The notes: generated from the sequence alone by a model not told the origin. Positions 35,684-43,797 are shown, counted from the first letter of the stretch. The stretch is DNA of 64,000 nucleotides from an uncultured Gammaproteobacteria bacterium (GCA_964414145.1 CAYPVH010000001.1:82816-146815), one strand, 5' to 3'. A program made the numbers and translations.

Positions 35684-35950
35684 ATTTCTCTAAAGCATGG
35701 ACTATCTCATCACCCACATTGCTGTGGGGTAGGGCGCTCGTGGAGAGGTTATTGGTTGAACTCCTCACTCTCTAGTCTCTGCACCTTCTTGGCTACTTCT
35801 ATGTTCTTTCACCAAACTTGGCTCAGGATTACCATATTCCATAAAAGGAACTTAGGCTTCCCTGAATTCACCCTATTTTTCCTTGAGTGTTACCACTCAA
35901 GGCTGCAATCTTTGTTACAGTCGGTTGCTCTACCATTGAGCTACAGGGGA
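35630..35950 (-). tRNA. tRNA-Asn(GUU), interrupted by a group I intron; exons 35950-35917 and 35670-35630
   Basis: The joined exons give a 75-nt cloverleaf. Acceptor stem UCCCCUG/CGGGGGA, D stem GCUC/GAGC, anticodon stem ACCGA/UCGGU, loop CUGUUAA. T arm CCUGG-UUCGAGU-CCAGG, G73, encoded CCA. Confidence 0.85.
35671..35916 (-). ncRNA. group I (IC3-like) self-splicing intron, ORF-less, 246 nt
   Basis: The 5' exon ends in U and the intron ends in G. Guide sequence GAUUGCAG pairs with both exons. Three GNRA-capped hairpins are present. Core strings are GCCUAAG, CCUGAGCCAAG and AAGGUGCAGAGACUAGA. Confidence 0.8.
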
Positions 35951-35952
35951 AA

Positions 35953-35970
35953 TTCCGCCGGTAGGCGGAT
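35953..35970. repeat. left arm of perfect 18-bp inverted repeat (TTCCGCCGGTAGGCGGAT), itself a hairpin
   Basis: Exact reverse complement of 36252-36269. It lies 2 nt from the tRNA 5' end and 1 nt from the GIY-YIG stop codon. Confidence 0.9.
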
Positions 35971-35971
35971 T

Positions 35972-36232
35972 TTAAACGCCTACTGACTTAATCAATCTTT
36001 TAATGAACTGCCTTCCTTGATAGCTTTTCAATTTCTTTTCTCTTTCTACTGCTCTATATCTTGAGATAAGCTTTTCTTTAAAAATTAACTGCCATTCACC
36101 GTCAAATCTCGCAGTATAACTTCTTTTTAAAACTCTGCTATTGTGTTCTTTTACCCTCTTAATCAAGCTATCAGTCTGACCAATATATATTTTGTTATAC
36201 TTTTTGTTATATAAAGCATATACCCAAAACAT
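35972..36232 (-). CDS. small free-standing GIY-YIG nuclease-domain protein
   Basis: MFWVYALYNKKYNKIYIGQTDSLIKRVKEHN, giving a GIY-like VYALY...YIG signature. 86 aa. Confidence 0.85.
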   Translation of the reverse strand: MFWVYALYNKKYNKIYIGQTDSLIKRVKEHNSRVLKRSYTARFDGEWQLIFKEKLISRYRAVEREKKLKSYQGRQFIKRLIKSVGV

Positions 36233-36251
36233 AGTACAATTATACTAGATC

Positions 36252-36269
36252 ATCCGCCTACCGGCGGAA
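36252..36269. repeat. right arm of perfect 18-bp inverted repeat (ATCCGCCTACCGGCGGAA)
   Basis: Exact reverse complement of 35953-35970. It lies 19 nt upstream of the GIY-YIG start. Confidence 0.9.
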
Positions 36270-36393
36270 AAGAGCTATGCGAACTTAAGTATATTACCAT
36301 AAAAAGGAGAGAGTTTGAATATGAAGTAACCATTAAAGCTTCTGTTTATTAATGTGGTTGAAATATTACTTATAATATCTTATAATATTTGCT

Positions 36394-37464
36394 ATGGTTA
36401 CTATTGAATCGATGCTCAAGGGGCGTTTAGGTTATGCTCCTACTCCTATGGAGCCCCCTCCTTCTGAAACTAAAGACAATGTCGTTCAATTTTCATTAAC
36501 AGAAGGCTGCAATCACAATTCCTGCACCTACTGCACTATGTATAAAGATGGTCGAGTAGTTTATAGCGTAAAATCAGAGCAAGAATATTATGACCATGTA
36601 AGGCAGGTTCTAGCCTATCTAAGAAGATATCCTAGTGCCTTAAATCAAATCGATAGAATTTTTATTGGGGCAGGCAACGCTCTCAGTGCCGATTTCGATA
36701 CTTTGTTTTTTGCATCACAATACTCTTTACAAGCTGTACTACAAGCAACTGGAAGGCTACCAAGAAGGGTAGCTGTTTATGGTAATACAAAAGATATTCT
36801 AAAACAAGGAGAAGAAAATCTGCACATGCTATATTGTGGTGGCACTTGTGGCAACTGTTCTATACAACGACTGGGTGGAAGACGTGGTTTAGAAGTAGTT
36901 TACTGGGGTCTTGAAAGCGGAAGCGATAAGGTTTTGAAAATAGCAGGTAAGGGCTATGATAGTAATGAGGCATATAGAGCAGGCAAAATTCTTGATTATT
37001 CTGGAATACGAGCATCCGTAATGGTCATGCCAGGTTTAGGTGGTATTACTCATTCATACGATCACGAAGTAGACACGGCAAATTTACTAAACTACATACG
37101 GCCAGAATGGATAACCTTTATGGCTCTAACCATTTGTAATGGTACTCCATATGCCAGATGGATAGAAAGAGAAGAAGCAGGAAACAGAAATAGGCGATTA
37201 ACACCAGCAGAAATTGCAGAGCAAACAGCCAGAATTATCGAAAGATTAGATTTCTCCACCAGTATTGGAGTTCATGGGCAAGATATCCACCCAACATTAG
37301 ATGGAAACCCTGTTCCTATTGGGGTATGTCAGATAGAAGATCGATTTGATGCGCAAGATGTTGCCACTCAAATTAGAGCAGGAATCCAAGGCTTAGAAGA
37401 CAGAAGAACAAGAAGGTTCCAAATACCATTTAGTTTTACACCATTAAGACGATCTAGAAGCTAA
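36394..37464 (+). CDS. radical SAM-like enzyme with non-canonical CX4CX2C cluster motif
   Basis: EGCNHNSCTYCTMY, FIGAGNA and GLESGSDKVL resemble radical SAM core motifs. TATAAT at 36381-36386 sits 7 nt before the ATG. Confidence 0.65.
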   Translation: MVTIESMLKGRLGYAPTPMEPPPSETKDNVVQFSLTEGCNHNSCTYCTMYKDGRVVYSVKSEQEYYDHVRQVLAYLRRYPSALNQIDRIFIGAGNALSADFDTLFFASQYSLQAVLQATGRLPRRVAVYGNTKDILKQGEENLHMLYCGGTCGNCSIQRLGGRRGLEVVYWGLESGSDKVLKIAGKGYDSNEAYRAGKILDYSGIRASVMVMPGLGGITHSYDHEVDTANLLNYIRPEWITFMALTICNGTPYARWIEREEAGNRNRRLTPAEIAEQTARIIERLDFSTSIGVHGQDIHPTLDGNPVPIGVCQIEDRFDAQDVATQIRAGIQGLEDRRTRRFQIPFSFTPLRRSRS

Positions 37465-37858
37465 ATATATCGTTATTTCTTAATATCACCTCCTTGTGCC
37501 CTAAGCCAATCTCACCAGAGTTTTTTACCTCTTCTTCACTAAAAAACCTGTATTCCAGTATCTCGCTGTTTTGCTCCTTTATTTCTCCAGTAAAGGCACC
37601 GGTAAAAAACAGGGTAATGTAGTAAACACTTTCACTGCTTTCTCTGTCTTCATGATAGGCTAGGAATTTTGGCTCAAACTCTAGCCCCAGTTCTTCCCTT
37701 ATCTCCCGTTGTATAGCATCTTTTGAGGGCTCCTTAAACTCCACCTTTCCACCAGGCAGTACCCACTTGTCTTTATGAATACCATGGTGGTTTTTCACCA
37801 GCAACACCTTATTATTTTTTTTTAATATTGCCCGTACTCCCAACTCTATCATTGCCAA
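37454..37858 (-). CDS. NUDIX hydrolase
   Basis: Nudix box GGKVEFKEPSKDAIQREIREELGL. Confidence 0.85.
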   Translation of the reverse strand: MAMIELGVRAILKKNNKVLLVKNHHGIHKDKWVLPGGKVEFKEPSKDAIQREIREELGLEFEPKFLAYHEDRESSESVYYITLFFTGAFTGEIKEQNSEILEYRFFSEEEVKNSGEIGLGHKEVILRNNDIFSF

Positions 37859-37907
37859 TAATTTTACCTAAATTATTATTTTTAAATTAAATAGTAAAAT
37901 ATTGTAT

Positions 37908-38411
37908 ATGGATTTCTCAAAAGTAACTCATCCGAAAGCAAAGTTCTTTTTACAGAGTTTCTTTGCCAATAGAGAGATAAACAGAGAGTTTTATCAACTT
38001 GTTCCCGAGGAAAGCTTCGACTTTCGCATGATAAACACCCCAGATCGCAAATCCGACTCTCCCAAAGAAAGCTTAGCTCACCAAATCAATGTGCAATATA
38101 CCTATATGCAGGCAATAGATAAAGGGAAATTAAGCTTTGGTGCCTACTCCAACCAAAAGCTAAAAGTCCAAACAAAGGCAGAACTGCTCACCGAGCTCAA
38201 AAAAGCCGACCAAGAGCTTATACAAATACTTTCCAATAAAGAGAACTGCAATAAAAAAATAAAAGTTCCCTGGAGCAAGGAGCCAATTTTTGCCGTAGAT
38301 ATGCTTTGGGCACTCGATCAACACGAGGTGCTGCATACCGGCTGGAACTTGGCCATTATGGACCACTTGGGTATTGAGCGCTTCCCCTCGCTCAAGAAAA
38401 TGTGGGGTTAA
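37908..38411 (+). CDS. DinB-family (four-helix-bundle) protein
   Basis: H...HEVLHTGWNL pattern and matching size. Start set at ATG 37908, 7 nt after TAAAAT. Confidence 0.5.
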   Translation: MDFSKVTHPKAKFFLQSFFANREINREFYQLVPEESFDFRMINTPDRKSDSPKESLAHQINVQYTYMQAIDKGKLSFGAYSNQKLKVQTKAELLTELKKADQELIQILSNKENCNKKIKVPWSKEPIFAVDMLWALDQHEVLHTGWNLAIMDHLGIERFPSLKKMWG

Positions 38412-38445
38412 ATATAGAAATATAAACAATTGCTATAATTTCTAT

Positions 38446-38976
38446 ATGCAAGAGACCGAACAAGAAAGGCAACCTCAACATACAGCTCCTGGCCCAGTTC
38501 CCGAAGCCGTTACACCAGTACCTGGTTCTCAAGATACTCCTGCTGGAGCTGCTACTCCTGTTCCTGGAGCAATTACACCAGTACCCGGCTCTCAAGAGCC
38601 TGTACCTGGCTCTCAAGATACTCCTGAAGGCGCCAAAGCTCCAGAATCTCAACAGCAGCCTTTTACCGACATCCCTTTGGGTGAAGCCGGTGCTCTTTAT
38701 AAAGAATACATAAATAGTCCACAACCAGAGTATGAGGCAGAATTGTTTGGCAACCTTGTCGACTCACTGCAAAGAGAGGCCGATCAACACGGCCCTGCAA
38801 GAGATTTATGGTTCAACTACCAACTAGTTAGAGCTTATCTCCGTACCAGACAATGGGAACGAGCACAAGAGGCTATAGACGACGCCCTGCTTCTTACAGA
38901 AAATATCGGAAAAGGGGAGGGAGTTTTCTTAGAGCTTCAGAACCAAATTTTAGAAATAAGCAAAGAAGATAAATAA
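38446..38976 (+). CDS. hypothetical protein with Pro-rich repeat region, paralog of 11441-11827
   Basis: PVPGSQ(D/E) repeats followed by RDLWFNYQLVRAYLRTRQWERAQEAIDDALLLTENIGKGE. Start set at ATG 38446, 6 nt after TGCTATAAT. Confidence 0.6.
   Translation: MQETEQERQPQHTAPGPVPEAVTPVPGSQDTPAGAATPVPGAITPVPGSQEPVPGSQDTPEGAKAPESQQQPFTDIPLGEAGALYKEYINSPQPEYEAELFGNLVDSLQREADQHGPARDLWFNYQLVRAYLRTRQWERAQEAIDDALLLTENIGKGEGVFLELQNQILEISKEDK
38512..38627 (+). repeat. in-frame tandem repeats encoding TPVPGSQD/E units
   Basis: ACACCAGTACC(T/C)GG(T/C)TCTCAAGA recurs at 38512 and 38575, with a third copy, CCTGTACCTGGCTCTCAAGATACTCCTG, at 38599. Confidence 0.7.
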
Positions 38977-39042
38977 AAGATTCTTTGTAAATATCAAGCA
39001 TAAACTCTGGCACACTACAGCAAATTAAAATAAAATTAAACT

Positions 39043-40200
39043 ATGACTCTCTCAAAGTTCACTAAGCTTTTCTATGTATTCCAGTTTTTTTTCGACTTTA
39101 TTCTAATCTATGCAGTAGAAAAGCTCTTTATGCAGAGTCGTGGTATAAATATCAGCCAGATCGGTATACTGCTCTTTATTTGGTCAATTTTAACTCTTCT
39201 TTTAGAAATGCCAAGCGGCGCTCTCGCCGACAGATGGAGCCGAAGAAAAATTCTTATTCTCTCCGGTTTATCTTTTTCTCTTTGCTATATTATTTGGTTT
39301 TTTAGCCATTCTTTTTTGCTCTTTCTTTTGGGTTTTGTCTTTAGAACTATCGGGGGCACCTTCGCTTCTGGAACACTCCAGGCCTATGTATACGACTATC
39401 TCAAACAAGCCAAAGCAGAGTCCAGCTTTGAACAAATCTGGGGCAGAGGCAATGCTCTGCGAACTCTAGGAATTGGTCTGGCTGTAGCATTAGGTGGATT
39501 TTTAAGCGAAATCTCTTTCTCACTTCCAGTGCTTATTTCTGCCTTGTCCGTTCTTATTGTTTCTCTAGTAGCTTTTATGTGGCCAGAAGTAAAAGCAGTT
39601 AAGTCTACTGGAGAAGTAGGCTACTTCCAGTTTATAAAAGACTCACTCAAAGCCGTTGTGCAAAACAAAACTCTCATGCAAATTATGTTTTATTCAGCCA
39701 TTGTGCTGGCTTTGTTAGCCAACCTTGAGGAATTCAACGATATCTACTTAAATTTTCTGGGCTTCTCAAGAACTACTATTGGTCTAGTTTTCGCATTTGC
39801 CGCTCTTTGCCAAAGTTTAGCTAGCAGTATTGCCTACAAATTCAAAAAATGGGCCTGGCCGATAATAAACATCTCAGTAGTTGCAGCCGCCCTTATTTTG
39901 TTTATTGCAGCATTCACAAAAAGCTATCTTACAGCTTTCCTTATTCTATTTTTGGGAATAATACTCGAATTTGTTTCAGTATTAAAGGAGGGCCTAATCC
40001 AGAAGGAAATCAAATCTCATCAAAGAGCTACTGTTTCCTCAGTTAGTGGCTTAATTATGAATCTACTCCCGTACCAGCTAATTTTTGGCTTTATCGCTCT
40101 TAAGTACGGTTTACAAACCGGATACTTAGTATTTGCTGGCTTTGTTCTCAGTTATTTCGTTACATATATACTAAACAAAAAAATAGATTACCAAAGTTAG
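39043..40200 (+). CDS. MFS transporter
   Basis: 385 aa, 12 TM segments, MFS signature GALADRWSRRKILIL. Confidence 0.85.
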   Translation: MTLSKFTKLFYVFQFFFDFILIYAVEKLFMQSRGINISQIGILLFIWSILTLLLEMPSGALADRWSRRKILILSGLSFSLCYIIWFFSHSFLLFLLGFVFRTIGGTFASGTLQAYVYDYLKQAKAESSFEQIWGRGNALRTLGIGLAVALGGFLSEISFSLPVLISALSVLIVSLVAFMWPEVKAVKSTGEVGYFQFIKDSLKAVVQNKTLMQIMFYSAIVLALLANLEEFNDIYLNFLGFSRTTIGLVFAFAALCQSLASSIAYKFKKWAWPIINISVVAAALILFIAAFTKSYLTAFLILFLGIILEFVSVLKEGLIQKEIKSHQRATVSSVSGLIMNLLPYQLIFGFIALKYGLQTGYLVFAGFVLSYFVTYILNKKIDYQS

Positions 40201-40236
40201 TAAGCTCTTCCTTGCTGCCTTTGTTAGAATAAATTT

Positions 40237-40722
40237 ATGCGAAAAGGCGATAGTATAGGTTTTTCTACATTTCTTGCCGCAGTTATCTACGGCTTGTTTA
40301 TCTTGCTTGTTTTTCCTCTCTTGTTTATTAAATTAAACAACATGTTCTCTCTGCCAAAATTCTCATTCTTTTCTTTCAAAATACTCGGCCTTGCCTTGAT
40401 TATCGCTGGATCAATTTTCTGGCTCTATTGTATAGGTATTTTTAAACTAATCGGCAAAGGCACGCCCGTTCCTATTCAACCTCCAAAAGCCCTGGTAGTA
40501 CAAGGACTATATAAATATACAAGAAACCCTATGTATATAAGTACTTTGGCAGTGGTACTGGGTTATTTCTTTTTCTTTGGCCACACCAGCCTGGTTGTAT
40601 ATTTGTTTTTACTATTTATTGGCCTGCATCTCTTTGTAGTTCTCTACGAAGAGCCTACCCTTACCAACAAGTTTGGTAAACAATACAAAAATTACTGTAG
40701 TAAAGTAAAACGCTGGATTTAG
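40237..40722 (+). CDS. membrane methyltransferase family protein (ICMT/PEMT-like)
   Basis: GLYKYTRNPMYIS motif and 4 TM segments. Confidence 0.75.
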   Translation: MRKGDSIGFSTFLAAVIYGLFILLVFPLLFIKLNNMFSLPKFSFFSFKILGLALIIAGSIFWLYCIGIFKLIGKGTPVPIQPPKALVVQGLYKYTRNPMYISTLAVVLGYFFFFGHTSLVVYLFLLFIGLHLFVVLYEEPTLTNKFGKQYKNYCSKVKRWI

Positions 40723-40727
40723 TATTT

Positions 40728-41546
40728 CTATACTAAATTATTTATTACTGCAGCCTCAATTTCTGCAGCCTGTAGTTGCTTCTGTTTTTGATAAAAATAC
40801 ACTCCAGCTGCTTCAGCCACAAAATCTAGCCCCAATGCTTCACAATTTCCATTTAGCGGCAATGGTGTGTTTAAAACATCCGCGCCGCCTCCTCGGCTAA
40901 TCTCTGGAGAAAAAGCTCGAGTATGATACCCTGGAACCTCTATTAGCCGACCATATCCGCTAGTAATCACCATCCCTCCTAGTTTTAGCCGCTCAATCAA
41001 TGCCCCCCACTCTTCTGCAGAGGGGAAAATCCGCCTAACAACTAAGTTGCCGTAGTCACTATTATCATCTTCTGCTAGCCATTCAGAGGCAGCTACTGGT
41101 AGCAGTTCAATTCTTCTCGGTTTATTTTCTCTCACTCCTTCTATAACTGTTAGATAACAATTCCAAACAGGATTCGGAAATCTAAGTTTGTCCAGAGCTT
41201 TTCTCGCTAGTCTTTTCATATGTCGTTTATTTTCTACCCCTCCTGCCACACTAGGGGCAAAAGGGTAATTGTTGTTTGGGTCCCTGTAGTTATACCAACG
41301 GTATGCTGGATCTACACAGCGAATAGTAATTGCATCCAACCACAAAAGAGCAGGATATGGGTTGTAGCCAGCCCCAATATCTATTGTGTCTACAAACTTT
41401 ACTCTTTCCCTTATAGCTTGCTGTAGTTTAATAAATTCTTCCCTATCATATTCCTCATAAACTCTTCTTTCTATGTGTTTAGACAATCTATAATCGTCTC
41501 CTATATAAGCACTAAATATCCTTTCTGCTGTTTCTCTAAATACCAT
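40728..41546 (-). CDS. Rossmann-fold methyltransferase-like hypothetical protein
   Basis: VDTIDIGAGYNPY (motif I-like), IRCVDPA, LKLGGMVIT. Confidence 0.45.
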   Translation of the reverse strand: MVFRETAERIFSAYIGDDYRLSKHIERRVYEEYDREEFIKLQQAIRERVKFVDTIDIGAGYNPYPALLWLDAITIRCVDPAYRWYNYRDPNNNYPFAPSVAGGVENKRHMKRLARKALDKLRFPNPVWNCYLTVIEGVRENKPRRIELLPVAASEWLAEDDNSDYGNLVVRRIFPSAEEWGALIERLKLGGMVITSGYGRLIEVPGYHTRAFSPEISRGGGADVLNTPLPLNGNCEALGLDFVAEAAGVYFYQKQKQLQAAEIEAAVINNLV

Positions 41547-41640
41547 TTTTCAAATAACTACTATAGTTATTATTATAGCAACCAACCAGTCATGTTTATT
41601 AACACAAGAACTTTAAAACATGCCTTGCTATACTTTTCCT

Positions 41641-42045
41641 ATGAAGCCAAAAATAAGCATCATCACTCTTGGAGTTTCCAATTTTCAAAAATCTCTCTCT
41701 TTCTATCGAGACGGTTTGGGCTTTAAACCACATAACTACAAAGAAGGGGAAGAACACATAATGTTCAAAATGAAAGGTACCTGGCTCTCACTTTTCCCTA
41801 TTTCCAAACTCGCCAAAGATGCTACTGTAAAGAGCAACCACTCCGGCTTCTGCGGTTTTACTTTAGCCCACAACACAAAATCCGAAGATGAAGTAAATAA
41901 AGTCTACCAAGAAGCACTCCAGGCTGGCGCCAAAGCCGTAAAAGAACCAAGCAAGGTCTTTTGGGGCGGCTATAGCGGCTACTTTGCCGACCCCGACGGC
42001 TACTTGTGGGAAGTAGCCTACAACCCCTTCACCAATCTTACCTAA
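41641..42045 (+). CDS. VOC (glyoxalase/bleomycin-resistance) family protein
   Basis: ISIITLGVSNFQKSLSFYRDGLGF and GYFADPDGYLWEVAYNP. Start set at ATG 41641, 6 nt after TGCTATACT. Confidence 0.85.
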   Translation: MKPKISIITLGVSNFQKSLSFYRDGLGFKPHNYKEGEEHIMFKMKGTWLSLFPISKLAKDATVKSNHSGFCGFTLAHNTKSEDEVNKVYQEALQAGAKAVKEPSKVFWGGYSGYFADPDGYLWEVAYNPFTNLT

Positions 42046-42072
42046 GCTATACTACCTGCTATACTTACTATA

Positions 42073-42960
42073 ATGGAAGAATTTACAGAAACTCCCTTAA
42101 GCCCAGTAGCAGATACTACTCCTAAACCTGCTCAAATTGATCCCTTAATACGCGCCAATTCATCTTTAACTATTTTAGGCAACAGTCCGCTTGGTCAGTT
42201 TCCTCAAGCATTCTCAGCTAACTTACTTCAAACCCTTTCAAGCTGGGTTAATATCGGCCAAGCAACAAGTCTTGAACAATTAATCATTATCGCTTCTCAC
42301 CAGATTCAAAGTGCACTTACAGAAGAAATTATTAGTGGTGCAGAAAGTCAAGCCACTCTAGAATTAAGGTATAGAGCTTCTCGGACGTCTCTTAGTTTTC
42401 CACTTGAAGCAGGATACTCATTTGAAGAACTTAGCCAAATTGTTCCCTTTGCGCTAGAATTAACCGAAGTTGCTGGTAAAACAGCACAATTTAAACTTTA
42501 TCTCCACAATACAGGTTACTTTTACATTGTTGAACACCAAGACGGCAAAAGAGAAGTACTCCGCCTCTTTAATACCGATAGACCGGATAGTCAAATCACC
42601 GCAGATTTAGCCACCGCTCCCAGCGCTCTTCCTGCTATGCGTTACCATCGGTTTACTGATGGAATGCTCGGAGTACTCCAAGAATGGGTCCAAGGACATC
42701 AACCAGAAACCAAAGAAGAACGTACTATGTGTCGTTCTGCTGCCGCTTCTCTTCTGACTATCCCATGGGAAGCTGAACACCCAAACACTCCCTACGACTT
42801 TAATCCAACTAACTTTTTAGTTTCAGCAGGTATCAACCCATGTGCACACTATATTGATGGTGACATTATTGGCATACTTATACGTCACGGTTTATCTCCA
42901 TATATTCCACAACAAAGAAGAGACTTACATAGTAGGGGACTAGATAAGCTGCAATCATAA
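42073..42960 (+). CDS. hypothetical protein, possible kinase-like (APH/ChoK-type) fold
   Basis: YDFNPTNFLV...HYIDGD resembles a catalytic-loop D....N plus metal-binding D pair. This evidence is weak. Confidence 0.4.
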   Translation: MEEFTETPLSPVADTTPKPAQIDPLIRANSSLTILGNSPLGQFPQAFSANLLQTLSSWVNIGQATSLEQLIIIASHQIQSALTEEIISGAESQATLELRYRASRTSLSFPLEAGYSFEELSQIVPFALELTEVAGKTAQFKLYLHNTGYFYIVEHQDGKREVLRLFNTDRPDSQITADLATAPSALPAMRYHRFTDGMLGVLQEWVQGHQPETKEERTMCRSAAASLLTIPWEAEHPNTPYDFNPTNFLVSAGINPCAHYIDGDIIGILIRHGLSPYIPQQRRDLHSRGLDKLQS

Positions 42961-42966
42961 AAACGT

Positions 42967-43797
42967 GTGATATCATATATTCAAATGTTCTCCACCAAAG
43001 AATCTCATATTCGCGGCCTCCTAAACTATCTAGATGCTCAGTCAAGAATCAAAACTAACTGTGGCGATGTCTGGGGAATAGACACCGACCGAACAGATTC
43101 GGATACAGTAGCAATCAACGAAATCCATCCCTACGAAAGAACTTTTGCCTCGCTCCTCACACCATTTACCTGTTTCGCCGCACTGGCACATGCACGAAGA
43201 CAGGAAGGGCAGAGTGCCTATTTTCTCGATCTTTTTGGCTCAGGCAAATTTGTCGCAGAATCTGGTCAGGCTTCCGGAGTAGTCGGTATTCGTAGCAAAG
43301 ACATTATGACACCAGAAGAAGTTGCAGCCCGCCCCCCCTCGTGGGAAATAATCGAAGGAAATATCTATGAGCTCTACCCCGGAAGAAGTAGCCAGCATAT
43401 CTGGGACAGATTAGGCGAGTATTATCAAAGGCAAGGAATTCGCTTCTTTGATATCATTACTTGCCGCCCTATTGGCCCTTTTGAGCACGATATGGACAAC
43501 CACTTTCCTTTTCAAACTCCTGCATACTTAGCTGTCTACTATCAGCTTTTTAGAGCTTTCTATAGCTTACTTACTCCATATGATGGGTATATCTTTACAA
43601 ATTTACCAAATCTAAATGGCTCAGTAACTGCATATAGTCAATTTCAAGCATTCTTACGAGACTGTGGCTGTGAAGTTGTACTGGACCAGGTAGACGCTTT
43701 CTATCTAAACAAAAAAGATACTGTTATGCGACTCAGAAAAACCCCCGATTCTCTAAGAAGATTACCAGAAACAGCCCCATGTATTGAAATAGTTTAG
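42967..43797 (+). CDS. Rossmann-fold methyltransferase-like hypothetical protein
   Basis: YFLDLFGSGKF (motif I-like), VVGIRSKD, LTPYDGYIFT. GTG start lies 6 nt after the preceding stop; an alternative ATG is at 42985. Confidence 0.45.
   Translation: MISYIQMFSTKESHIRGLLNYLDAQSRIKTNCGDVWGIDTDRTDSDTVAINEIHPYERTFASLLTPFTCFAALAHARRQEGQSAYFLDLFGSGKFVAESGQASGVVGIRSKDIMTPEEVAARPPSWEIIEGNIYELYPGRSSQHIWDRLGEYYQRQGIRFFDIITCRPIGPFEHDMDNHFPFQTPAYLAVYYQLFRAFYSLLTPYDGYIFTNLPNLNGSVTAYSQFQAFLRDCGCEVVLDQVDAFYLNKKDTVMRLRKTPDSLRRLPETAPCIEIV

Noticed and set aside
35630-35950. Alternative reading of the split tRNA as tRNA-Tyr(GUA)
   Set aside because: Joining ..CUGUA + AAUCGG.. would give GUA. However, it needs a 5' exon ending in A (no G-U at the splice site) and a 3' splice site not preceded by G. 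The tRNA also has a short 5-nt variable loop, unlike bacterial tRNA-Tyr. The U|...G| junction gives GUU (Asn).
35756-35986. 76-aa plus-strand ORF
   Set aside because: It lies entirely antisense to the group I intron and the tRNA 5' exon. The RNA gene explains the sequence.
36304-36329. SD-like AAGGAGAG followed by the two-codon mini-ORF ATG AAG TAA, upstream of the radical SAM gene
   Set aside because: It could be a start-stop regulatory element or the remnant of a displaced gene start. A 2-codon ORF cannot be supported from sequence alone, and the radical SAM gene has its own leaderless-type promoter downstream.
38392-38724. 110-aa minus-strand ORF
   Set aside because: It is antisense to the Pro-rich repeat region of 38446-38976 and is a composition-driven open frame.
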